This document shows, piece after piece, positions 36,459 through 45,042 of a DNA stretch of 55,663 nucleotides. Numbering within the stretch: position 1 is the first letter of the stretch; the number at the start of each line of letters is the position of its first letter. A program made the translations under genes and the position numbers. A model generated the notes under the pieces. The model did not search any database and had not been told where the DNA came from. It was given only the letters and a program-made list of their open reading frames with translations. The stretch lies in the IMG/VR virus record IMGVR_UViG_3300045988_174416; one strand, 5' to 3'. The DNA comes from a virus.

Positions 36459-36783
36459 TGGCAAACAAGGCTATGGCTACTGAAAGTCATTTATAAATGA
36501 AAGTCAGGCTATCCTCAAAGCGTTTGTCCTCATACTCGCTTAACACATTCGGCTCAAATTCTCTTGCGTTGATGTTGACATCAAAAACTTTGTCCGGAAA
36601 AAGCAAGAACTTTGCACGATACAAAGGTCGCACCTTTAATAAGTTCGGGGAAAATGAGGCTTGTTAAGTCTGCGTAAGCCCTACGCAACGATAGTCAGGG
36701 TCGCTCCCTGATAACAGGGCATACTAATTGTTGAAAATTTTTAAAATTTAGGCTATCATCTAAAATAAAAGGGGGAATTTTAG

Positions 36784-38130
36784 ATGTCCTTAACCGATAA
36801 AATAATGAGCCGCATGGGCTACATTAAAAAAATAAAAGAAGATGACGGCTTTTGTGAGGGAGGCGATGTCCTTATTCAAGACGGCAAGGTTGTTGGAACT
36901 CCGTATCACGATTTTTCAACAAATATGCGTAAACCTGTATTACAACCGTCTGAATGGGACGCTGCATACAGGCAGATTTCTTGCGTAGGCACAAGTGTTG
37001 ACCTCATTGCTAACAATATTCAAATGATAGAGCCTGTTTTTTGGGATAAAACCAAAAATCAAGTGGCAGAACGCACAAACGACACACGCTTAAAAGAATT
37101 AAATCAACTGTTTAAAAATCCGTCTGCTGGAGTAAATCGTAAAAAATTTCTTGAAAAATCCTCAAAAGACTATATTTTGCATGGCATTGTGTATTACGCC
37201 TTTATTTTTAAGGGGACAAAGCCTGTTTCTATTAAAATTTTGGACGCAGAGTTAGTATCTGCAACCGCAGATGTCGCAAATAATCGCATTGGCTCTTATT
37301 TGGTCAATAATTCAGGTTCTTTTGACGGAAATTATATTTTTAATGGAACTTATTATCAAAAAGAAGATGATAGAAATTATATTTTAGCACCTTATTGGAA
37401 CGCTGACCCTCAATGCTCATATTTGCCAGCGTCTATTTTACTTGGCACAGGCATTGAAACGCTTATGTATTGGTTTGGGTGTTATCATAATAAAAGTTTA
37501 TTGCAAAATGGGGCAAGACCCTCACTTATATTCCTGATTAAATCTTTATTAAATCCAAAACATAGGGAACAATTAAGGCAAGAAATAAGGGTTAAACACG
37601 CTGGGGCTGGAAATGCCGGAAGTGCCATAATTATTGACGGTTCTGCCGAAAAAGATGTAAAGCAATTCTCACAAAATAATAAAGATATGGAATTTTCGGA
37701 AGTGTTAAAAGCCGCAGAGGACGCAATATATCGCAGACTTGGTGTAAATTGGGTTTTGGGTAAAACTGTTCAAAGTAAAGACTATGAAAAAGGCATGCTC
37801 ATGTTGTTTGATATGACTATTTGCCCTTTGTTTCAAGGTATTTTTAACCATTTATTTGATGTTTACAAATATAAAAATGTCGGGTTTGATGACCTTGAGG
37901 TGTTTTATCTTGAGCAGAATATCCCTGCATTGCGACCAAGATTTTTGTCCATGATGAAAGATTTGCCTACTTTGGGTATATTTACAGTAAAAGAACGCAG
38001 GGGAATGTATAATTACGCTCCTCTTGGCGATTATAGGGACGATGAATTAACCGTTCAAAGTGTTAAAGTTACTCAAAGCGGCATGAATGGCAACAATACA
38101 ACGGAATTTACAAGCGAAAATAACGAATAA
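36784..38130 (+). CDS. Portal protein
   Basis: 448 aa. Sits between terminase and prohead protease. RBS aaggggga. Confidence 0.55.
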   Translation: MSLTDKIMSRMGYIKKIKEDDGFCEGGDVLIQDGKVVGTPYHDFSTNMRKPVLQPSEWDAAYRQISCVGTSVDLIANNIQMIEPVFWDKTKNQVAERTNDTRLKELNQLFKNPSAGVNRKKFLEKSSKDYILHGIVYYAFIFKGTKPVSIKILDAELVSATADVANNRIGSYLVNNSGSFDGNYIFNGTYYQKEDDRNYILAPYWNADPQCSYLPASILLGTGIETLMYWFGCYHNKSLLQNGARPSLIFLIKSLLNPKHREQLRQEIRVKHAGAGNAGSAIIIDGSAEKDVKQFSQNNKDMEFSEVLKAAEDAIYRRLGVNWVLGKTVQSKDYEKGMLMLFDMTICPLFQGIFNHLFDVYKYKNVGFDDLEVFYLEQNIPALRPRFLSMMKDLPTLGIFTVKERRGMYNYAPLGDYRDDELTVQSVKVTQSGMNGNNTTEFTSENNE

Positions 38131-38192
38131 AAATACAAATTGTTGCAAAAAAAATAATAATCGTATATTATTAAATCAAAGAGGGAAAATTG

Positions 38193-38813
38193 ATGACAGG
38201 AAAGATAGACGGAAAACGCATTTTTCTAAAACTGCAAAAGGTCAATGAAAACGAGGTTAAACTTGAATTTGACTTTGAGCGTGATGAGGAAAAATATACA
38301 TACATTATGGCTATTGCAAGCACTCCTGACAAAAACTCTGCTGGGTTTATTGTGGAAAATAAAGCGTTGCTGGACGCTTGGGCTGCAAACAAAGCCGCAG
38401 GCAAAAATGTTGCCGTTTATGAAAAACATGGCTTACCCGTTGGTAAGGTTGTTTCTTGTGAGGAAATTAGCGAGAAAGTATTAGTTGTTTTGGAAATACC
38501 AAAATCAGGCAACGAAAGACTACTTGCTGTTTATGAACAAGGTATTTATGTTGGGCTTTCAATAGGCGGCTGGTCGCTTGACGGCGAGTGGATTGATGAT
38601 GTATTTCATGTAACAGAATTTGATTGGTACGAAGTATCTTTAACTGATATTCCAGCCAATGAAAATGCAACTCTTTTGGAGTTCGCAAATACAAAAAAAC
38701 CTCAAGCACAGGGGGATAAGACGGAGGAAACAGTTATCAAAACTGAAATTTCTAACGCAGATGTGCATACGGCATTAGAAAATGTTATTAAAGCAATAAA
38801 GGGGGAACAGTAA
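38193..38813 (+). CDS. HK97-family prohead protease
   Basis: VGLSIGGW...EVSLTDIPANENA resembles the S78 signature (evSlv..PA). Lies between portal and capsid. Confidence 0.55.
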   Translation: MTGKIDGKRIFLKLQKVNENEVKLEFDFERDEEKYTYIMAIASTPDKNSAGFIVENKALLDAWAANKAAGKNVAVYEKHGLPVGKVVSCEEISEKVLVVLEIPKSGNERLLAVYEQGIYVGLSIGGWSLDGEWIDDVFHVTEFDWYEVSLTDIPANENATLLEFANTKKPQAQGDKTEETVIKTEISNADVHTALENVIKAIKGEQ

Positions 38814-40147
38814 TGAGAAAACATGCTGACAAATTTAAAGTACAATTAGAGGGAACACCGTCTAATCAACCTCCTGTAAAATCGGAGGAAATCAAGTTAG
38901 AAGATATGCAGAAAAGTCTTGTTTCTGCCGTTGAAACTAAACTTGAGGCAAAAGGTGTTGAAATCAAGGACGGTTTAAAAACTGAACTTGAAGAAACAAT
39001 TTCACAGTCTATTGACAAAGTTAAGCAAGAATTAGTTGAATTGCAAAACGCTAATAATGCTAAAACTAAAGTTGATGACGCTACTGAAATTGAAAAAGTG
39101 CAATTACAACGCTTAAATTCTTGTATTAGGGACGGTGCTGAAAAAGTTACCTTACAGCAATACAGAGATTATCTTGTTGAATTGAACAAACAAGTAAGGG
39201 ACGCTATCAACGGAAAAGAAATCAAACTTGACGCTACTATCGCTGGCTTTGCTGGTTTTGATGATAGCAGAGGCGGTGCTTTGATTATACCGGAAGTTGA
39301 CCCTAATATCAGAGAGGACTTTATTGAATATGACGAGGGCTTATTCAATGCTGTCAACTTTGAGCCTGCTATGAGCAGAACTAAAAAAGTTATCGTTGAC
39401 ACAGTTGAGCCGGACGAAAATGTTGCCGCAGTTAAGGAAACACTAGAAAGAATTGGCTACTCTATTGATGACGGTTGCTTTGTTTCTGCAAATTTGAACT
39501 TAAAAGATTATGACGCTCCGGCAAGAATTACCTATGATGAAATCGAAGATACTGCTTTCAGAATTGAAAATTATGTCAATGGCAAACTTGTTAGAGGTTG
39601 TCGTAGAGGCGTAGCAAAAGACCTTTGGGTTGGAAACTCTGCTGAAAAAATCAAAGGTATTATCAATTATGAAAGAGGTAATACTTATGGTAAGGTTGGC
39701 GAAGTTCATGTTGCTACAAGCGGAACTGTAACAATGACCGATATTATGAATTTGTGTATTTCAAATAGATGTAAAGGTGTATTGTTTATTGACAGAACAA
39801 CTTGGGCGAATGTTATCACTGAACAAGACGACAATCATCGCTATAAATTTGAACTTGGCTTTGTTCAAAAAGGGTTAGGTACACAACCTTTCCACGTTGA
39901 CGCAGTTGTACCGTTGTTAAATGTTCCTGTAATTTTTGATGACGGCTTTACACTTCCGGCAGCAGTTGCAGCGAATGTAAAAGCAGCAATTTTGCCTCCG
40001 TCTGCGGTGGCTGGTTATAAACGCCCTGTTGGTCGTTTTATGATACATGACCACTTAAAGAACAGAGATATGTTGCTTACTGAAAGATATGACGCAGTTT
40101 TGACACAGTTCAAATATGTTAAACTCTTAATCGGTACTGCTGCATAA
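38813..40147 (+). CDS. Major capsid protein (HK97 fold) with an N-terminal coiled-coil scaffold/delta domain
   Basis: TAATG coupling to the protease. About 110-aa helical N-terminus followed by a beta-rich body. Confidence 0.6.
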   Translation: MRKHADKFKVQLEGTPSNQPPVKSEEIKLEDMQKSLVSAVETKLEAKGVEIKDGLKTELEETISQSIDKVKQELVELQNANNAKTKVDDATEIEKVQLQRLNSCIRDGAEKVTLQQYRDYLVELNKQVRDAINGKEIKLDATIAGFAGFDDSRGGALIIPEVDPNIREDFIEYDEGLFNAVNFEPAMSRTKKVIVDTVEPDENVAAVKETLERIGYSIDDGCFVSANLNLKDYDAPARITYDEIEDTAFRIENYVNGKLVRGCRRGVAKDLWVGNSAEKIKGIINYERGNTYGKVGEVHVATSGTVTMTDIMNLCISNRCKGVLFIDRTTWANVITEQDDNHRYKFELGFVQKGLGTQPFHVDAVVPLLNVPVIFDDGFTLPAAVAANVKAAILPPSAVAGYKRPVGRFMIHDHLKNRDMLLTERYDAVLTQFKYVKLLIGTAA

Positions 40148-40242
40148 GAAAAATTGATTTGGGGGGATAGGGGCTTTTAATAGCCCCAAAATCCTCAAAT
40201 AAAAACGGTTACTACTTAAAAGGAAATAAAGGAGCAAATATT

Positions 40243-40608
40243 ATGTGCTACACACTTATTGACAAACTTGAAAAGGCTGCTGCTGCAACTAATATCGCTA
40301 CTGTTGGCTACCAAACTTTGTTTTCCGTATTAGCAAACGGAGCAAGCGGTGCTGCAAACTATACTGGTACAAAGGCAGAGGCAGACGCTATCGTTGACGG
40401 AACTACTGTAAATGTTTCTGAAAATTCTGACGGTTCAAACCCTGTTGCATTGGATAAACAATACATCAAGGCAAGAACTCAAGCCGGAACTAAAACTGCT
40501 TATCTTGAAATTGTTTTAACAAAGCCTTATATCGCAAGCATTACGCTACCGACTGGCTTGACAAGAACAGTTGATTTATTGACTTTACCGTCAAACTCAA
40601 AGGCATAG
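40243..40608 (+). CDS. Hypothetical head protein (decoration / Ig-like?)
   Basis: RBS aaaggag. Confidence 0.4.
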   Translation: MCYTLIDKLEKAAAATNIATVGYQTLFSVLANGASGAANYTGTKAEADAIVDGTTVNVSENSDGSNPVALDKQYIKARTQAGTKTAYLEIVLTKPYIASITLPTGLTRTVDLLTLPSNSKA

Positions 40609-40675
40609 GCTAAACCCCTATGCCCTGTTTGATTTTTTGTGATACAATTTTAACAACAAAGCGAGGGACTTTACA

Positions 40676-40972
40676 ATGCAAGTTAAATTAAAACAGGATA
40701 ATTATTATCTCTCTGAAACAGAGGGACAAAAATTTGGGAAAAAGGGCGAAATAATTAACATTGACCCTTTATTCTACAAACATATTAAAGGTATATGCGA
40801 AATTGTTAAAGGCAATTCAGAAGAAAAGAAACCCGATGAAAAGCCTTTAGACAAAATGAATAAGGCTGAATTAGTAGAAAAAGCAAAAGAAATTGGCTTG
40901 GAATATACTGACGATGAATATGAGGCTTTTAATAAGGCTGATATTATTAAACTTATTCAAGAAAAGAAATAA
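40676..40972 (+). CDS. Small protein with a C-terminal HeH/Rho-N-like motif
   Basis: TIR GAGGGACTTTACAATG. MNKAELVEKAKEIGLEYT. Confidence 0.4.
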   Translation: MQVKLKQDNYYLSETEGQKFGKKGEIINIDPLFYKHIKGICEIVKGNSEEKKPDEKPLDKMNKAELVEKAKEIGLEYTDDEYEAFNKADIIKLIQEKK

Positions 40973-41004
40973 CCTTTACATTAAAAGTACACTACACAAT
41001 TAAA

Positions 41005-41038
41005 AAGCCTTGCCTGCAAATGAGGCAGGGCTTTTTAA
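41005..41038 (+). terminator. Intrinsic terminator after the capsid gene cluster
   Basis: aagccttgcct-gcaaatg-aggcagggctt forms an 11-bp stem (1 G-U) followed by TTTTT. Confidence 0.6.
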
Positions 41039-41054
41039 GAAAAAGGAATAAATA

Positions 41055-41786
41055 ATGAACGCTTTAGCAAAAATAAAATTATTGTCTAATAAATATGATT
41101 TGGTTGTCGAGAGCCTTTATAATGAAGTTACTGACGAGGAAAGCGGCGAAATTACTCAAGAGCCTATTACTGATATTGAGGGAACAACTGCGTTATTAAC
41201 AACTGACGGTACAAGTTGGGAGTTTGTTGATGAACAATGGCAACAAATTGATGAAAATATTGACAAAACAATATTATATAGTTTATTTCCGTTCATTATG
41301 TCGGTTTGTAATGCAATTCATAATCCTTTTGTAAAGTGCCTTAATTCACATATTTATAAAGATGTTATTTTGGTTTATGGCGAGAATACAAAAGAAGAAA
41401 TTAACATTACAAACATAAATGATGATATAGATGTTCAAGCAGACGATTATATTATCGTTAAGACTTGCACAAACGAATATCTAACACAAGTTTTAGAAGT
41501 GAGCGATGATACTGTCAAAATTGACAACAGGGGGCTTAATATGCGAGTTAGCGGAAAAGCGGAAACTATTGGACTGCTTTTTGTTGATTTTCCTCCTCAA
41601 TTTTTGGATAATGTATTTGCCATGCTTGCTTTTGATTTGTTCTTGAGAGAGGACAAGGAAAAACGACAAGAGCGTTTGGGTAATTATACTTATACTAACT
41701 TTGAGCCTCATAATTATTATGGATTAGGTTCATATCCTACACATCTTGAGGACGCAGTAAAATATTTTCAACATATTTCAACATAG
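41055..41786 (+). CDS. Head-tail connector / head completion protein (by position)
   Basis: ORF. Confidence 0.35.
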   Translation: MNALAKIKLLSNKYDLVVESLYNEVTDEESGEITQEPITDIEGTTALLTTDGTSWEFVDEQWQQIDENIDKTILYSLFPFIMSVCNAIHNPFVKCLNSHIYKDVILVYGENTKEEINITNINDDIDVQADDYIIVKTCTNEYLTQVLEVSDDTVKIDNRGLNMRVSGKAETIGLLFVDFPPQFLDNVFAMLAFDLFLREDKEKRQERLGNYTYTNFEPHNYYGLGSYPTHLEDAVKYFQHIST

Positions 41787-41797
41787 GGAGGCTGATT

Positions 41798-42358
41798 ATG
41801 TCAGAGGAAAAACAAACTAAAAAAAGAGGCAAAAAATTTGAGGCTGAAATCGGGGCAGAGCCAAAATTTGTGGCAGAAGATACGGCTATCAGAGAGAAAA
41901 AAAAACACACACCGGAACAACTTGTAAAGGCAATAGAAGATGTGTCGGTTGAAATTAACAACGCTTATTTTAGAACTCCTTATAATCGTTGCCCTGACTG
42001 CAATAAGGGTCAAAATGCTGTTATGGGTCATTTCGGGCTTGCTGGGGCAAATAAAATCGGAAATCTTAAAGGCTTTCAAGCGACAATAGGCGATGTTATT
42101 GCTTGGAACTCTGACACTTATAAAGGACTTTCAATAGTAAAAGATAAAAACAATGGTGTTTTTGAACTTGAAACAAGTCCATTCCACACGCCACGCAAAG
42201 AGCCTGCCGTTATTGAAAGAATGGTAGTACCTGAAAAGTATCGTCCTGTTATCAGGCTTATGGCAGAATTTATTGCTAATCCTGATTTGGAGGACGGTCA
42301 AGAATTAGTCAAAATCGGAAATGGGGAATATCCTGATGTTATTAAAGGACAATTATAA
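41798..42358 (+). CDS. Head-tail joining protein (by position)
   Basis: RBS gggaggctga. Confidence 0.35.
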   Translation: MSEEKQTKKRGKKFEAEIGAEPKFVAEDTAIREKKKHTPEQLVKAIEDVSVEINNAYFRTPYNRCPDCNKGQNAVMGHFGLAGANKIGNLKGFQATIGDVIAWNSDTYKGLSIVKDKNNGVFELETSPFHTPRKEPAVIERMVVPEKYRPVIRLMAEFIANPDLEDGQELVKIGNGEYPDVIKGQL

Positions 42359-42758
42359 GATATTAAGCGTATGGAAAAAGCCAGCCGTTGATGATTACGA
42401 GAATAGGCATGCCGACTATATTTTCAAAAAGAAGTTTAGGGGCTTAATTCAGTATCCTATGGGGCAATATTATTCAAAATTACTTGATATTTATGATAAA
42501 GAAACTTTAAGAATGTCAGGGATATTATTTGCTCCTACGTCAGTTAAATTTGACGATAAAATGGTTTTAAGAAATGTTGACGGCAAGGCATTTTCGTTCT
42601 TTTCTATCATTCCTATAAATCAAAATATAGGCATGATTAAAAGGTGTGGCAAAGTTGACCATAACGAATATCGTATAGAATTTATTAACGAGAATGTTCA
42701 ATTTCCTACGGACGAGGACGGCAATGTAATATTCAAAAAGCCGAGCGAGGGGGCTTAA
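42321..42758 (+). CDS. Tail/connector protein (by position; start uncertain)
   Basis: ORF. Confidence 0.35.
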   Translation: MGNILMLLKDNYKILSVWKKPAVDDYENRHADYIFKKKFRGLIQYPMGQYYSKLLDIYDKETLRMSGILFAPTSVKFDDKMVLRNVDGKAFSFFSIIPINQNIGMIKRCGKVDHNEYRIEFINENVQFPTDEDGNVIFKKPSEGA

Positions 42759-42759
42759 T

Positions 42760-43188
42760 ATGAGGACTTTTAACATAGATTTATGGCAAACCTTAAAAGA
42801 AAAATCAACAGGGCTTAACGAGGGTGCTGGTAGCCTCTTAAAAGGTAATATATTTTTTGGCATTGCTCCTGCAAACCAAAAAACCCCTTATTGTGTTTTA
42901 CATGTTCTTGATAGCGGTAATGATACAAACGCTCAAACTCTTTGCCAAAATGACGAGGGCTATAATACGGCTGGTGTTTCAGATATTCAGTTTAGTGTAT
43001 ATGCGACAAATGATATGGCAATAGATGAAATTTTACAGGAATTAAATAGCATGATTAAATCTTTGCAAAATTTGTCAGAATATCGTATTACAAATGCCGT
43101 TAGACAACGTACAAAAAATGCAGCAACTTTTACAAATGAAACAGGACAGGGTTTTACAGAGTTCATCTTTAAATATGAACACTTATAA
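42760..43188 (+). CDS. Tail terminator / completion protein (by position)
   Basis: ORF. Confidence 0.35.
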   Translation: MRTFNIDLWQTLKEKSTGLNEGAGSLLKGNIFFGIAPANQKTPYCVLHVLDSGNDTNAQTLCQNDEGYNTAGVSDIQFSVYATNDMAIDEILQELNSMIKSLQNLSEYRITNAVRQRTKNAATFTNETGQGFTEFIFKYEHL

Positions 43189-43270
43189 TTGTTGCAAAAA
43201 ATAAAATATTGGTTTATGATGATGATAAAGAAAAGTGTAATATCTTAAAAAACAATAAAAGGGGGAACTT

Positions 43271-43936
43271 ATGACTGTAAAACGAGTTATTAACGAGGAC
43301 ACCGGAATTTACTTTTTTGAAATTGGCAGCGAAGTTACAACAGGCTCTTTAACTGCTGGCACACGCTATCTTGTTACCGCCCTTGCTACATCTGATAGCA
43401 CTATTCCAAACGGATTAGCCGTTGGCGACATCTTTTTGGCTCACACTGCTATTACTCTTGGCAATGGCGACAAGGTTAAACCATTAACAATGACAAAATT
43501 CTGTGGTTTTCAAAACATTGACGGAACTTTTGACAAAGAACAAATTGACGTTACTGCAATTTGCGACAAAACTACGACTTATAGAGCAGGTCGCTTGACC
43601 GTTGAACTTTCAGGCACACTTGTTGTAGAAACATCAACAGGCGAAGAAACTGCTACTGATGTTGTTATGGGTAATTTAATTACCTTGCTTTCGCAACAGT
43701 CAGACGGTTCTTATGAAAGAAGTGCCGTAGGAGCAGATGTAAATGTCGCTATTGTATTGACAGAGGGTATCGCTGGAAATGACGTAAAAGATTTAACACT
43801 TTACACTCCAGCACAAATTTCGTCAGGTGGCTTTAGCGGTGGCACAAACTCTGCAAAAACCGCTGATGTATCTTTGTCAGTAACAACAGGCGAATTTGAG
43901 CCGCAGTTCGTTAAAGAAAACAGAATTGCTGCCTAA
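43271..43936 (+). CDS. Major tail protein
   Basis: 221 aa, beta-rich, upstream of the chaperone/TMP genes. RBS aaagggggaa. Confidence 0.5.
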   Translation: MTVKRVINEDTGIYFFEIGSEVTTGSLTAGTRYLVTALATSDSTIPNGLAVGDIFLAHTAITLGNGDKVKPLTMTKFCGFQNIDGTFDKEQIDVTAICDKTTTYRAGRLTVELSGTLVVETSTGEETATDVVMGNLITLLSQQSDGSYERSAVGADVNVAIVLTEGIAGNDVKDLTLYTPAQISSGGFSGGTNSAKTADVSLSVTTGEFEPQFVKENRIAA

Positions 43937-43977
43937 TTGTTAGTACACTATTGCAATAATAAAGGAGCGAGGAAATT

Positions 43978-44370
43978 ATGGCAATAAAAGCATACAACCA
44001 AGTTACATACAAGGCAAAAATCAAATTTGAGGATAATTCTACTGTTGGGGCAACATTCAGGTTGCCTCGCAGTATGGATTATTTTCGTAGTGCCGAGGGT
44101 AATACAAATAAAGACAATTTAATGACATTCTCTAATACTTGTCTTGGTTTTGATAAACCTGTTGATGTTGAATTAGAGGACGGTACACAAATTCAATGCA
44201 ACACTCTTGCAGAGTTACTTGAGTACGGCGTACCTATTGATATTACTGATGTATTAGTACAATGGCATAAAAAACATACGGAAAATGAAAAAGCCAAAGA
44301 GGCTTTAGTAAAAAAGTCAAAATCGGCTGGGAACTCCACGCAAAAGGCTACACCCGACACAAACAATTAA
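43978..44370 (+). CDS. Tail assembly chaperone (G-like)
   Basis: Acidic 130-aa protein containing the slippery heptamer. A -1-frame ORF overlaps its 3' end. Confidence 0.5.
   Translation: MAIKAYNQVTYKAKIKFEDNSTVGATFRLPRSMDYFRSAEGNTNKDNLMTFSNTCLGFDKPVDVELEDGTQIQCNTLAELLEYGVPIDITDVLVQWHKKHTENEKAKEALVKKSKSAGNSTQKATPDTNN
44310..44316 (+). other. Programmed -1 ribosomal frameshift site A_AAA_AAG
   Basis: This is the dnaX-type heptamer, in frame as gtA AAA AAG tca. The -1 frame is open from 44289 to 44621. Confidence 0.5.
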
Positions 44371-44621
44371 GTGAGGTCGAGGCAAAAACGCCAATGTTCG
44401 TAGGCGATAAGAAAAATCCTATCGCTATCGGTAAAAAAGGTCAACTCCTCGCCAATTTAGACGAGGAGTTTTATCAACTGTTAGATGACGCTTACATGCA
44501 TATTTCCGGCTTTAGAAAAATCTCGGCAGACGATGAAACCTTGACAAGTGGCTACATATATGCAACACGATATTTGGTATTACAACTTATGCAGGAGTAC
44601 AACGGTGGCAAATGTTTCTAA
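44316..44621 (+). CDS. -1 frame extension producing a G-T-like chaperone fusion (about 215 aa)
   Basis: Frame 0 is open through 44621. The alternative of independent initiation at ATG 44394 cannot be excluded. Confidence 0.4.
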   Translation, partial: VKIGWELHAKGYTRHKQLSEVEAKTPMFVGDKKNPIAIGKKGQLLANLDEEFYQLLDDAYMHISGFRKISADDETLTSGYIYATRYLVLQLMQEYNGGKCF

Positions 44622-45042
44622 CGAAAATTTAATACTTAAGATAAGGGGAATTTCTGACCGAGTTAAGCAAATTCAAGACGAGGCTGGGGATATTCTTGTT
44701 AGAAATATACGCTCTCAAGCACGACAAAAGTTTAATAATGACCCCAAATATCCTTATGAATTTCACAATAGTTTTCAAGATGATAATGTTGTTTACCATG
44801 ACAAAAATGAGCATGCTGTTTTTGTTGACCACCCAGCCGCTAAAAGACTTGAATATGGTTTTGGCGATATAACTATTCGCCCTAAAAACGCTGAAAAATT
44901 ACATTTTAAAGGGGTAAATGGCGAAGATGTTTACGCAGATGAAGTACATATCAAGGCTACAAAGCCTGTTGGATATGTGCGTGCTGCTATGAAAGAAACC
45001 CAAGAAGATTTAAAAAAGCGATTTAAGGAGGTAATGTCTTAA
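44605..45042 (+). CDS. Hypothetical tail protein (GTG start after AGGAG)
   Basis: AGGAG at 44593-44597, 7 nt upstream of GTG 44605. Confidence 0.4.
   Translation: MANVSNENLILKIRGISDRVKQIQDEAGDILVRNIRSQARQKFNNDPKYPYEFHNSFQDDNVVYHDKNEHAVFVDHPAAKRLEYGFGDITIRPKNAEKLHFKGVNGEDVYADEVHIKATKPVGYVRAAMKETQEDLKKRFKEVMS

Noticed and set aside
36490-36670. 57-aa Ser-rich plus-strand ORF in the pre-portal gap
   Set aside because: No RBS and composition not protein-like. Treated as a noncoding structured region.
44394-45042. The ORF pair 44394..44621 / 44548..45042 as a frameshift pair
   Set aside because: The frame relationship is +1, not -1. The second ORF has its own AGGAG-GTG start at 44605. The genuine -1 site is the heptamer at 44310-44316.
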